Shown here piece by piece: positions 1 through 9,147 of a stretch of DNA of 64,000 nucleotides. The notes beneath the pieces are model-generated. The model had not been told where the DNA came from, did no database searches, and saw only the letters and a list, made by a program, of their open reading frames with translations. This stretch comes from a virus. The stretch's first letter is position 1; each line of letters starts with the position of its first letter. A program made the translations under genes and the position numbers. The stretch is taken from positions 1 to 64,000 of the IMG/VR virus record IMGVR_UViG_3300025141_016157. One strand, 5' to 3'.

Positions 1-1
1 G

Positions 2-133
2 GATAGACTAGGTCACGACTTTAGATATTCCATAGATAATAAAAAAATTAAATCTCTAGGCATAAGCCTGGATACAGACTTTAATAAAAACTTGCGAGAA
101 ACAGTTGAAAGTATGTTAGGAGCGTGCAAGTGA
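2..133 (+). CDS. rmlB: dTDP-glucose 4,6-dehydratase, C-terminal fragment (runs off the left edge; not in the ORF track)
   Basis: Frame 2 reads DRLGHDFRYSIDNKKIKSLG...ETVESMLGACK*, matching the RmlB C-terminal DRPGHDxRYAID motif; the stop overlaps the rmlA start. Confidence 0.85.
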   Translation, partial: DRLGHDFRYSIDNKKIKSLGISLDTDFNKNLRETVESMLGACK

Positions 134-1023
134 AGGGAATAATTCTTGCAGCTGGGCTTGGTACAAGATTGTATCCTATTACAAGCTGTATTTCAAAACA
201 GCTCCTGCCAATATACAATAAACCAATGATATACTACCCGTTGTCAATATTGATGCTAGGGGGAATAAAAGATATACTCATTATAACAAATCCCCACGAC
301 GCAGATAGTTTTAAAAAACTACTAGGTGACGGATCCTCACTTGGTTTAAAAATACAATATGATATTCAAAAAGAACCAAGAGGGATCGCAGATGCCCTTA
401 TAATAGGCGAATCATTTATTCAGTCTGATTCAGTATGTCTTCTTCTTGGAGATAATATATTCTATGGTCATGAAATGCCAGAATTGTTAAAAAATGTTGT
501 TAACAATGTTGAAACTGGAAAGTCAAGCGCAGTTGTATTTGGATATCCAGTAAAAAATCCAAGAAGATACGGTGTAGCAGTTTGTGATAAGTCTGGTTAT
601 GTTCTAGATATTCAAGAAAAGCCAGATAACCCAAAGTCTGACTGTGCTGTAACTGGTTTGTATATGTACGACAATACATGTGTTAGAAGGTCAAAAGAGC
701 TTGAACTATCCGGAAGAGGTGAATTAGAAATAACAGATTTAAACAAGCTATATTTAGAGGAAAAAATTTTAAATATAGAGATGTTAGGTCGAGGTCATGC
801 GTGGTTTGATACTGGGACATTTGAAAGCTTTTATGAAGCTAGTAATTTTGTTAGAAGTGTTGAAAATAGGCAAGGCCTTATGATATCAAATGTTCATGAA
901 ATAGCTTTTAGATGTGGATATATAACGCGAGATGAATTGTTAAGCTTTGTTGAAAAGTGTGGTGAAAATACATACAAGGAGTATCTTATAAAAGTCTTAA
1001 GCAAGAGTGATAAAGATGGATAA
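124..1023 (+). CDS. rmlA: glucose-1-phosphate thymidylyltransferase
   Basis: GIILAAGLGTRLYPIT, SKQLLPIYNKPMIYYPL, LGDNIFYG, EKP, RGELEITD, WFDTGT motifs. Confidence 0.95.
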   Translation: MQVKGIILAAGLGTRLYPITSCISKQLLPIYNKPMIYYPLSILMLGGIKDILIITNPHDADSFKKLLGDGSSLGLKIQYDIQKEPRGIADALIIGESFIQSDSVCLLLGDNIFYGHEMPELLKNVVNNVETGKSSAVVFGYPVKNPRRYGVAVCDKSGYVLDIQEKPDNPKSDCAVTGLYMYDNTCVRRSKELELSGRGELEITDLNKLYLEEKILNIEMLGRGHAWFDTGTFESFYEASNFVRSVENRQGLMISNVHEIAFRCGYITRDELLSFVEKCGENTYKEYLIKVLSKSDKDG

Positions 1024-2146
1024 AGATTACCAAAGATTTATATCTGACTTTGAAATTTCTAGCTTTACAGACTATATTTCTAAATCTAAAAAAAGTGAAG
1101 AGAGAACATTTCATACATCAAAAGGTCAAAAAAAATATGCTGACTCTAGCTTAATATTTGAAATAAAAGATGAGTGGATAAAAAAAGATATAAGTCCAAA
1201 ATTTTTATTTGCACACTTTCCACCTTTTAAAAATGAGCTAGAAGCTTTAGATTTTCCACTTTTTGTAAAGACAATTTTTCCTAATTCTATAGTAGATATA
1301 ACATATGATAAGGGAACAACTGACTTTTTATCATTTAGAATTTCTGATAATAAAATAATAAACCAGACTTCTAGTCTTGAGGGTGGATATGACTATGTGA
1401 TAGGTCGTTCTGGTGTTTTTTCTAATATGCTTCGCAGAGAATCTCATAGGGATATGTTAAAAAAATCAGGTCCAAAAATTCAAATAAAGCCAATGGGTCT
1501 TAAAAAAAATAGAGAGAATTGTGATATTTTATTTAATGATGATTTTCTTTTCTGCCCACCATCACCATATTTTAGAAATAGATGCAAAGACATATTAAAA
1601 GAAATTGATAAGAAAAACATAGCTATATTTTTAGGAAAAGTTGGAAGAGAAAAAAATCAACTTGACTATATTAGAAAGATAAAAAATGAAAATATAGGCG
1701 AATATTCAATAGTTTGTCTTGGAAATAATACAAGCGAACCAGTTTATGCAAATAGAATTAGAGAAGAATGTAGAAATAGAGGGCTCAATCTTTACATGAT
1801 CAATCAAGTTGATCACAACGTTGTTCCCGTTTTTACGTGTATAAGCAAGATTCATATTATAAATTGTGACCCAAGACCTTTTGGTCAACCATATGATCCC
1901 ATTCCAAGATGCATAGGGGAGTCTGCTATATCAAATTGTCATTCTCTTGTTTCAAAGACTACGCTTTACAATAGCGAAATGAGTCCATTTTTAACTGAGT
2001 ATGATCATGAATCTGAATCTTCCATTAATAGCAGATTTATATTATCAAAAAATATAAATACTGAAGAGTATTTTAAAAATCTTTTAACTATGGAAGAAAA
2101 GTGTATGATGATTATGAATAGGGTTCTTAGTTATGGCAAAGCATAA
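1007..2146 (+). CDS. divergent GT-B fold glycosyltransferase-like protein
   Basis: C-terminal half has IFLGKVGREKNQL and PRCIGESAISNC, resembling the GT4 nucleotide-sugar-binding segments; lies within a sugar cluster. The start may be ATG 1016. Confidence 0.5.
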   Translation: MIKMDKDYQRFISDFEISSFTDYISKSKKSEERTFHTSKGQKKYADSSLIFEIKDEWIKKDISPKFLFAHFPPFKNELEALDFPLFVKTIFPNSIVDITYDKGTTDFLSFRISDNKIINQTSSLEGGYDYVIGRSGVFSNMLRRESHRDMLKKSGPKIQIKPMGLKKNRENCDILFNDDFLFCPPSPYFRNRCKDILKEIDKKNIAIFLGKVGREKNQLDYIRKIKNENIGEYSIVCLGNNTSEPVYANRIREECRNRGLNLYMINQVDHNVVPVFTCISKIHIINCDPRPFGQPYDPIPRCIGESAISNCHSLVSKTTLYNSEMSPFLTEYDHESESSINSRFILSKNINTEEYFKNLLTMEEKCMMIMNRVLSYGKA

Positions 2147-2771
2147 AAAAGAAACTGTGCTGCTAATAGGTCCTCATCCTGATGATGTGTTTATATCATG
2201 TGCAGGATTCGTTATATCAGCTATTGACAAATATGAATTTATTATCTGCTGTATGACAACAATGGGTGAAGATGACTACAGGGAGCGGCTAGATGAAGAA
2301 AGTGCAGCGTGGTCCAGGGTTTCTAAGGATATAGATGTTATCTTTTTTAATTCTGGCACTGATACAGAGCTTGAAAGTAGTAAAAATATCATTATACCTT
2401 TCATAGAGAATATTTGTAATGAAAGAAATCCTTCAATGATTTTTATACCATACCACACTGATACACATCAAGACCATACAGCACTATCGAATGCATGCCT
2501 ATCAGCTTGTAGATATAGAAAAAATATTATATTCTATGAGACACCGTCAACATATAATTTTCAACCAACAGTGTTTTGTGAACTATCTGATGAAAACATC
2601 GATGCAAAGAAAGATATATCAAGAGAGTATAGATCACAAGTATTAGGTGATAAAAATTACAAGATTACACTTGCTGAGATAATAGAGTCAAAAGCTCTAT
2701 CTAATGGTGTGAAAACAAGGGCGTGTAAATATGCTGAGGGATATATGCCATTTAAATACTTTCTAAGGTAG
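2133..2771 (+). CDS. PIG-L/LmbE family N-acetyl-sugar deacetylase
   Basis: LIGPHPDD metal motif, RLDEE, DTHQDH (HxDH), YETPS and final AEGY motifs. Confidence 0.88.
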   Translation: MAKHKKETVLLIGPHPDDVFISCAGFVISAIDKYEFIICCMTTMGEDDYRERLDEESAAWSRVSKDIDVIFFNSGTDTELESSKNIIIPFIENICNERNPSMIFIPYHTDTHQDHTALSNACLSACRYRKNIIFYETPSTYNFQPTVFCELSDENIDAKKDISREYRSQVLGDKNYKITLAEIIESKALSNGVKTRACKYAEGYMPFKYFLR

Positions 2772-2775
2772 AAAC

Positions 2776-3375
2776 ATGAAAGATCTCATAGTAACAATAC
2801 ACCAGCCTGAACATTTTCCATATGAGGGTTTTTTTAAAAAAATGGAAATGAGTGATATTTTTGTAATATTAGATAGTGTAAAATTTAAAAAAAATAATTT
2901 TCAAAATAGAAATAGGCTTGTAAACAATCAGGGAAAAGAAGAGTGGTTTGGATTCCCAGTTCCAAAGAAAAGCAATAGCATGATTATCAATGAAGTAGTA
3001 GCATGCGACGAAAGTGTCAACCCGTGGAGAAAAAAACTTTTAAAAAATCTAAAATACAATCTCGACATAGAGGCTGATAGATTCTATAACCATGAAACAC
3101 TAATTGAAATAAACATGTCAGGAATTAACTGGGTAAGAGATCAGTTAAAAATTAACACTCCCATAGTATATTCATCTCAACTCGCTGCCGCTGGAGCAAA
3201 AACTGATTTATTAGTCGAGATATGTAAAGAGCTAGGGGCATCTGAATATATTTCAGGAAATGGCGGTAGAGAGTATTTAGATTTAGAAATGTTTAAATCT
3301 GAAGATATTAAGGTAAGCTTTTTTCAATCTAAAGTTTCCAACTACTACTCAATGCTATATAATTTATCAAAATAA
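2776..3375 (+). CDS. WbqC-like protein (putative aminoacyl/glycyl transferase for sugars)
   Basis: IHQPEHFPYEGFFKKM..SDIFVILDSV.F.K..FQNRN and LVEICKELGASEYISGNGGREYLD, typical of the WbqC family. Confidence 0.85.
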   Translation: MKDLIVTIHQPEHFPYEGFFKKMEMSDIFVILDSVKFKKNNFQNRNRLVNNQGKEEWFGFPVPKKSNSMIINEVVACDESVNPWRKKLLKNLKYNLDIEADRFYNHETLIEINMSGINWVRDQLKINTPIVYSSQLAAAGAKTDLLVEICKELGASEYISGNGGREYLDLEMFKSEDIKVSFFQSKVSNYYSMLYNLSK

Positions 3376-3392
3376 AAAAGGCTGGTTTTATA

Positions 3393-4235
3393 ATGAAAAT
3401 TGGAATAATAGGGCAGGGATTTGTTGGATCTGCAATCAAAGCAGGACTTGAAAAATTCTATACAGTTCTTACATACGATATCGATATCTCGAAATGTAAC
3501 AATAGCCACGAAGATGTATGCGAAAATTCAGATATTATTTTTGTATGTTTGCCCACACCCATGAGAAAGGATGGGTCTTGTGATACAAGAATACTAGAAG
3601 ATGAAATTAAAAAAATAGATACTGAGTGCTCAGGTAACAATAGAAATAAACCAATTCTTGTAGTTAAATCTACTGTGCCACCTGGTACAACAGAGTCTAT
3701 AAACAATAAGACTTTTCTTGATGTCTGTTTTAGTCCAGAATTTTTAACAGAGGCAAATTCATTTGATGATTTTAAAAATCAAACAAGAATAATAATAGGC
3801 GGACCAAGACCGGCAACGGGAAAGGTAAAGCGAATGTTCAGAAGAGCATTTCCAACAACACCTATAATAAAAACTGGTCATAGAACTGCAGAAATGGTAA
3901 AGTATTTTACAAACAGCTTCCTTGCTTCAAAAGTTATTTTTGCAAATGAGATGTATGATATATGCACATCTCTAGGAATAGATTATGATAAAGTGACTGA
4001 ATATTCTCTCTATGATAAGCGAATCGGAAGAAGTCACTTGATGGTTCCAGGGCCAGACGGAGATAGGGGATATGGCGGACACTGCTTTCCAAAAGATGTA
4101 GAGGCTATAATTAAATTTTCATCCGAGGCGGGCGTGGATGCTAGTCTTCTAAAGAAAGTTAATGATATAAACAATACCATACGATCAAATAGAGATTGGG
4201 AAAATATGAAAGGAAGAGCTGTAAGTGAAGACTAG
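3393..4235 (+). CDS. UDP-glucose/GDP-mannose dehydrogenase family protein (short form)
   Basis: GIIGQGFVG Rossmann motif, CLPTP, KSTVPPGTT, PEFL, AEMVKY, and catalytic GYGGHCFPKD. Confidence 0.9.
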   Translation: MKIGIIGQGFVGSAIKAGLEKFYTVLTYDIDISKCNNSHEDVCENSDIIFVCLPTPMRKDGSCDTRILEDEIKKIDTECSGNNRNKPILVVKSTVPPGTTESINNKTFLDVCFSPEFLTEANSFDDFKNQTRIIIGGPRPATGKVKRMFRRAFPTTPIIKTGHRTAEMVKYFTNSFLASKVIFANEMYDICTSLGIDYDKVTEYSLYDKRIGRSHLMVPGPDGDRGYGGHCFPKDVEAIIKFSSEAGVDASLLKKVNDINNTIRSNRDWENMKGRAVSED

Positions 4236-5115
4236 CCTAGTCACCGGTGGATGCGGCTTCATAGGAAGCCACATAGTCGACAGGCTTATAGAGCTAGGGC
4301 ACAACGTAAGAGTTATTGACGACTTATCCGCTCAGGAAAATGAGGAGTTTTATTATAATGATAAAGCAAAATATTGGAAAAAAGATATTTCTAAAGATGA
4401 CTGTTGCAATATTTTTGACAATGTTGATTACGTATTTCACCTTGCTGCCCGTAGTCGCATTCAGCCTACTATTAAAAATCCTGGCTCTTGCTTTGAGGTT
4501 AACGTAGTAGGTACACAGAGGGTTCTAGAATGGTCCAGGTTGAACTCTGTTGATAAAATTGTATATTCTAGTACGTCATCTTTATACGGACAACAGAATT
4601 CAATTCCGTTCCAGCCGAATATGCCTTCTTACTGTCTAAACCCATATTCAATGTCAAAATGGATGGGAGAGCAGGTTTGCAAGCTATACTTTCAGCTATA
4701 TGGAGTCAAAAGCATAGCGCTAAGATATTTTAATGTTTATGGACCTAGAGAGCCAATTAAAGGGCATTATGCTCCTGTTATTGGACTATTTAAGAGACAG
4801 TCATTAGAGGGTAGAAGAATGACTATTGTCGGAGACGGTCTACAGAAAAGAGATTTTACCTATATTGACGATGTTGTCTCTGCAAATATTTGTGCTATGT
4901 CATCAAGTATTAATCACAGTGTGTATAACGTGGGAACTGGTAAAAATTATGAAATTATTGAAGTTGGTGATATGATAAAAAATAATTCTGGGTTTGAGCA
5001 TATAGGCGAAAGGCCAGCTGAGGTAAGAGAGACCCTTGCAGATATTAGCAAGACTACATCTGAACTAGGGTGGAAACCTGTATGGTCACTTGAGGATAAA
5101 ATTAACGAGTATTGA
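4225..5115 (+). CDS. NAD-dependent nucleotide-sugar epimerase/dehydratase (extended SDR)
   Basis: VTGGCGFIGSH, HLAA, YSMSK (YxxxK), LRYFNVYGP, GDGLQKRDFTYIDD, YNVGTG. Confidence 0.92.
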   Translation: MKTSLVTGGCGFIGSHIVDRLIELGHNVRVIDDLSAQENEEFYYNDKAKYWKKDISKDDCCNIFDNVDYVFHLAARSRIQPTIKNPGSCFEVNVVGTQRVLEWSRLNSVDKIVYSSTSSLYGQQNSIPFQPNMPSYCLNPYSMSKWMGEQVCKLYFQLYGVKSIALRYFNVYGPREPIKGHYAPVIGLFKRQSLEGRRMTIVGDGLQKRDFTYIDDVVSANICAMSSSINHSVYNVGTGKNYEIIEVGDMIKNNSGFEHIGERPAEVRETLADISKTTSELGWKPVWSLEDKINEY

Positions 5116-5543
5116 TAATGACAAATAAAAAGAAAAGAAACTGGACAAAAAATAGAGATATTCTTAAGTCTATTTCGAATCCTTCAAAAGATTCCTATGA
5201 AATTAAGATGAAAATTCCAGAGCTTACATTTGAGGGAGTACGTGGCCAACCAGATTTTGCAAAGCTTTATATCACATTTTACCCTGGCGACAAAGTTATA
5301 GAGCTAAAATCTTTAAAGGAGTATTTCTTTGCATTTAGATCTCAGCTATATTCTTACGAAAGAATTATCAATGTTATCTATGATGATATGATGGCAGCCT
5401 ACGAACCCTCAAGACTTCGACTTGTTATGACTTGTAATCCAAGGGGTGGTATATCGTCTAAGCTTACTGTAGATTCTGATTGGGGAGTAAGGGGCGGAAA
5501 AGATATCTTTAAAGACTGGGTCGGTCAAACTGATGAGTGGTGA
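5112..5543 (+). CDS. QueF-like T-fold protein lacking the canonical catalytic Cys
   Basis: PELTFEGVRGQPDFA, QueF motif ELKSLKEY, YE, and PRGGI. The likely start is ATG 5118. Confidence 0.8.
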   Translation: MIMTNKKKRNWTKNRDILKSISNPSKDSYEIKMKIPELTFEGVRGQPDFAKLYITFYPGDKVIELKSLKEYFFAFRSQLYSYERIINVIYDDMMAAYEPSRLRLVMTCNPRGGISSKLTVDSDWGVRGGKDIFKDWVGQTDEW

Positions 5544-5739
5544 AATACATGAGTGGCTCGTCTATATAGTTGACAAGCATGGCTTCCCGGGAAGTGTTGC
5601 AAAAGAGTTTCAGGTGAAATCATATACGCTTCTTGGGGCAGCAATGAAAGCAGATAGGATAATTAAAAAAGAACATCCAGGCTGGAATATACAAAGGCTG
5701 TGGTGGCTTAATCCAAAGATGTCAAGAAGAACTGTATAG
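5533..5739 (+). CDS. small hypothetical protein
   Basis: ATG overlaps the end of the QueF-like gene and the ORF fills the gap before the next promoter-like region. Confidence 0.55.
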   Translation: MSGEIHEWLVYIVDKHGFPGSVAKEFQVKSYTLLGAAMKADRIIKKEHPGWNIQRLWWLNPKMSRRTV

Positions 5740-5753
5740 TTTTTATCCTATAT

Positions 5754-5783
5754 TGTGAAAAAATAAGGTTTTTTGTGTAAAAT
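5754..5783 (+). promoter_or_regulatory. candidate sigma70-like (early/middle) promoter
   Basis: TGTGAA-N18-TAAAAT upstream of the GGAG RBS and ATG 5800. Confidence 0.35.
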
Positions 5784-5799
5784 ATATGTAGGAGAAAAA

Positions 5800-6651
5800 A
5801 TGAAAGACACTACAAAGAATAGCTTTCCAACTGGAAAACCTCATATTTCTTTTTCTGAAATAAAGATATGGAAAGAGTGCTCATGGCGTCACAAGCTAAT
5901 ATACATTGATAAAATAGATATGTTTGAACCTTCACCCTATTTAGGATTTGGAACAGTCGTTCATGAGGGATGCGAGAATATTCTTGAAGGAAAAGATCCA
6001 GATAAGGAGATTCTATTAAATAATATTAGAGATGATTTTAAAACACACGGATTTGATGATCCCGAATGGGTTGAAAAACAGCCCGGATGGTATAAAAAAT
6101 CATCAAATGTCGGCGTAGAGAAGTGGTGTGAGTGGGCTGTGAATATGTGGACAGAAGTTCCAGACTTCCTAGATAAAACATTCCCGGGCTGGGAATGTTT
6201 TGATGCAGAAGAGTCACTTTATGAGTCAATATCGAAAAGAGATATATCCTTTAAAGGATATATTGATGGAATTATAAAAGTTCCAAAAAAGAGAGGGTCC
6301 GGGTTTAACTATTGGATTATAGACTGGAAAACTGCTGGTACATATGGCTGGAGAAGAGATAAAAAGCAAGACTTGGGAATGACTGCACAGCTAATTCTCT
6401 ACAAGCACTTCTGGGCAAGAAAACACGGTATTGATATAAAAGATGTTAGATGCGGATTTATTCTCTTAAAAAGAGGCGCCAAACCTGGAAAGATATGTGA
6501 GCTTGTGACAGTTTCTGTTGGTCCGAAATCTCTGGATAGAGGAAAAAAATTAATGAACAACATGATAGGTTCCGTTAAAAAAGGAATGTTTTTAAAAAAT
6601 AGAGATTCATGTACTTATTGCCCATATTATCTTACAGACCATTGTAAATAA
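5800..6651 (+). CDS. PD-(D/E)XK nuclease, Cas4/RecB-like, with putative Fe-S cysteines
   Basis: HISFSEI..WKECSW, FGTVVHE, FKGYIDG, IIDWKT, QL.LY, C-terminal CTYCPY...HC. GGAG RBS favours ATG 5800 over TTG 5773. Confidence 0.85.
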   Translation: MKDTTKNSFPTGKPHISFSEIKIWKECSWRHKLIYIDKIDMFEPSPYLGFGTVVHEGCENILEGKDPDKEILLNNIRDDFKTHGFDDPEWVEKQPGWYKKSSNVGVEKWCEWAVNMWTEVPDFLDKTFPGWECFDAEESLYESISKRDISFKGYIDGIIKVPKKRGSGFNYWIIDWKTAGTYGWRRDKKQDLGMTAQLILYKHFWARKHGIDIKDVRCGFILLKRGAKPGKICELVTVSVGPKSLDRGKKLMNNMIGSVKKGMFLKNRDSCTYCPYYLTDHCK

Positions 6652-6666
6652 TATTATGTTCAATCT

Positions 6667-6694
6667 TTAACAGATTTATTAATTTGTGTACTAT
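6667..6694 (+). promoter_or_regulatory. candidate sigma70-like promoter
   Basis: TTAACA-N16-TACTAT in the intergenic gap before the GT pair. Confidence 0.4.
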
Positions 6695-6719
6695 TTGTTA
6701 GACCGGAGTTCACTACAAA

Positions 6720-7961
6720 ATGAAGAAAAAAATATTAGTTTTATCTGATCATGCACTTTCAACATCTGGCGTGGGAGTTCAGACTAGACATTTAATTGAG
6801 GGTCTATTAAAGAAAAACAAGTACACTTTTAGACAGTTTGGTGCAGCACTAAAGCATGCAGACTACAGGACTGTTGTTGTAAATGATGACTTTATTATCA
6901 AGCCAATAGATGGATTTGGAGATAGAGAGACACTCAGGGTGACACTGGCAACAGAGAAACCAGATGCACTTTTAATATTTACTGATCCCAGATTTTTTAT
7001 CTGGCTTTTTGAAATGGAAGACGAAATACATCAAATATGTCCAATTATATGGTGGCATGTATGGGACAATACACCATATCCGAAGTTCAATGACCCGCTG
7101 TACAGAGCAACAGATTCAATTAACTGTCACAGTTATCATACTTACACACAGCTTAGTGAACACCATAGTGAAAAAACAAATTTTATCCCACACACAGTTC
7201 CAGAAGAGATATTTAAAAAACTTCCAGAAAATGAAAGAATTAACAGTAAGCGAGCTCTTCTTGGAAATAGCAAAGAGGATGACTTTGTAGGAATATGGAT
7301 TAATAGAAACGCAAAGAGAAAGAGATCGTCTGATGTATTAGAATCATGGAAAATTTTCCTAGAAGATCTTGAAAAAAATGAAGGTCATAGAAATGCAACT
7401 CTCATTATGCATTGCGACCCGCATGACCCAGAAGGTGCAAATTTATTAATAGTATCAGAAATGATGGGAATACAAGATAATGTACTATTCTCAAGGGATA
7501 GAATAGATTTTGATCAAATGAATATTCTTTATAATATATCTGATTTTTGTTTAAATATTAGCTTTGCAGAAGGCTTTGGACTATCAACTCTTGAGTCAAT
7601 GCAAGCTGGAACTCCAATAATTGCTGCAAAAACAGGAGGCTTAACACGACAGGTTGTTGATCATAGGGATGGAACTGAAAATGGCGTTGCGCTAGACATA
7701 GATTTCAAAACCCTTGTGGGATCGCAAGGTGTGCCGTACATACATGAAGACTATGTCTCTTCTGAGAATGTAGCAAAGGGAATTATGAAAATGTACAACA
7801 AGACTGATACTGAGAAATCTATGCTCTCAGATAAAGTTATGAGATACGTTAAAAATTCATTTTACTATGATGATATGATAGATTCCTGGGATAAAGAGTT
7901 GACAGCTACAATCCAAAATTGGAAAAATTCATATAAAAGATACAGCATTAAAACAATATAG
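6720..7961 (+). CDS. GT4-type (GT-B) glycosyltransferase
   Basis: SGVGVQTR N-terminal loop, NRNAKRKR, EGFGLSTLESMQAGTPII (Ex7E motif). Confidence 0.9.
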   Translation: MKKKILVLSDHALSTSGVGVQTRHLIEGLLKKNKYTFRQFGAALKHADYRTVVVNDDFIIKPIDGFGDRETLRVTLATEKPDALLIFTDPRFFIWLFEMEDEIHQICPIIWWHVWDNTPYPKFNDPLYRATDSINCHSYHTYTQLSEHHSEKTNFIPHTVPEEIFKKLPENERINSKRALLGNSKEDDFVGIWINRNAKRKRSSDVLESWKIFLEDLEKNEGHRNATLIMHCDPHDPEGANLLIVSEMMGIQDNVLFSRDRIDFDQMNILYNISDFCLNISFAEGFGLSTLESMQAGTPIIAAKTGGLTRQVVDHRDGTENGVALDIDFKTLVGSQGVPYIHEDYVSSENVAKGIMKMYNKTDTEKSMLSDKVMRYVKNSFYYDDMIDSWDKELTATIQNWKNSYKRYSIKTI

Positions 7962-7971
7962 GCAAGTTTAG

Positions 7972-9147
7972 ATGATTAGAGCAATTATTAGAGCACCAAT
8001 GTTATCCGTTAGCGGATACGGAGTTCACTCAAGACAGATATTTAGATACTTAGAGAATTCTAAGTTTAACTTTGATGTAGAGACTCAAATAGTAAGCTGG
8101 GGAAATACACCGTGGCTAATAAATCCTAGTTTTGAAAACGGTATAGTAGAAACTATAATGAGCAAAACTCAAGGCAAAGAGTCAATTGCTGATATATCCT
8201 TTCAGGTACAGTTACCTGATGAGTGGGATTCCAATCTTGCTCGTATCAATATAGGAATTTCTGCTGTTGTTGAAACTGATAGATGCAGACCTGAATGGGT
8301 TGATGCATGTAATAAAATGGATGCCATAATAGTTCCATCGAACCATGCAAAATCTTGCCTAGAGCTATCTGGAAATCTAAATGTAAAAGTCTATGTTGTA
8401 CCTGAATGGTTTTTTGAGCAAATCACGGAAGAAGATTTTTCAGAAAATGAATTTTCAAACAAAGACTTTGGAACAGACTTTAATTTTTTAATATTGTCCC
8501 AGCTAACTGGACAAACACCAGAGACTGATAGAAAAAATATATTTTTTACAATTAAATGGATTTGTGAGGAGTTTAAGGATGATCCGGATGTTGGAATTGT
8601 CCTTAAGACAAATCATGGAAGAGGAACAACGATTGATCGAGAACTAACTACAAACCTTTTGAGAAAGCTTGTAAGCGAAGTTAGAGAAGGTCCGTATCCT
8701 AAAATTCATCTTGTTCATGGAAATTTATACCCGGAGGAGATTTCCGGATTATACAGGAACGATAGTATAAAATCGCTCGTAAGCCTTACGAGAGGAGAAG
8801 GCTTTGGCTTGCCTCTATTGGAAGCTGCAGCATCTAACTTACCAGTAATCACAACAAACTGGTCAGCACATACAGAGTTTCTATCTCTTGGAAAATTTTT
8901 AAAAATAGACTATGATTTAATTAATATTCCGAAAGAAAAAGTTGATAATAGAATATTTGCTGATGGAGTCAAATGGGCAGATCCCCACGAAAAAGACTTC
9001 AAGAAAAAAATTAGAAAATTTAGAAAAAAATCAAATATTGCGAAAGAATGGTCAGGGTTACTTGGCGAGAGAATTAGGGCAGAATATTCAAAAGAAGAAG
9101 TTTGCAAAATATATGACAGAGTTTTGGGTGAGATACTAAAACAATGA
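7972..9147 (+). CDS. GT4-type (GT-B) glycosyltransferase
   Basis: SGYGVHSR, DRKNI, RGEGFGLPLLEAAASNLPVITTNWSAH (Ex7E motif). Confidence 0.9.
   Translation: MIRAIIRAPMLSVSGYGVHSRQIFRYLENSKFNFDVETQIVSWGNTPWLINPSFENGIVETIMSKTQGKESIADISFQVQLPDEWDSNLARINIGISAVVETDRCRPEWVDACNKMDAIIVPSNHAKSCLELSGNLNVKVYVVPEWFFEQITEEDFSENEFSNKDFGTDFNFLILSQLTGQTPETDRKNIFFTIKWICEEFKDDPDVGIVLKTNHGRGTTIDRELTTNLLRKLVSEVREGPYPKIHLVHGNLYPEEISGLYRNDSIKSLVSLTRGEGFGLPLLEAAASNLPVITTNWSAHTEFLSLGKFLKIDYDLINIPKEKVDNRIFADGVKWADPHEKDFKKKIRKFRKKSNIAKEWSGLLGERIRAEYSKEEVCKIYDRVLGEILKQ

Noticed and set aside
5112-5543. Complete 7-deazaguanine DNA modification system
   Set aside because: Only a Cys-less QueF paralogue is present, with no dpdA, folE, queD, queE or queC in the window; they could lie elsewhere in the genome.
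5800-6651. CRISPR-Cas locus around the Cas4-like gene
   Set aside because: No repeat-spacer array or other cas gene is visible in the window.
2-9147. Bacterial chromosomal O-antigen locus next to a prophage
   Set aside because: No integrase, att-like boundary, wzx/wzy or housekeeping genes, and the cluster runs into phage genes on the same strand with similar composition.
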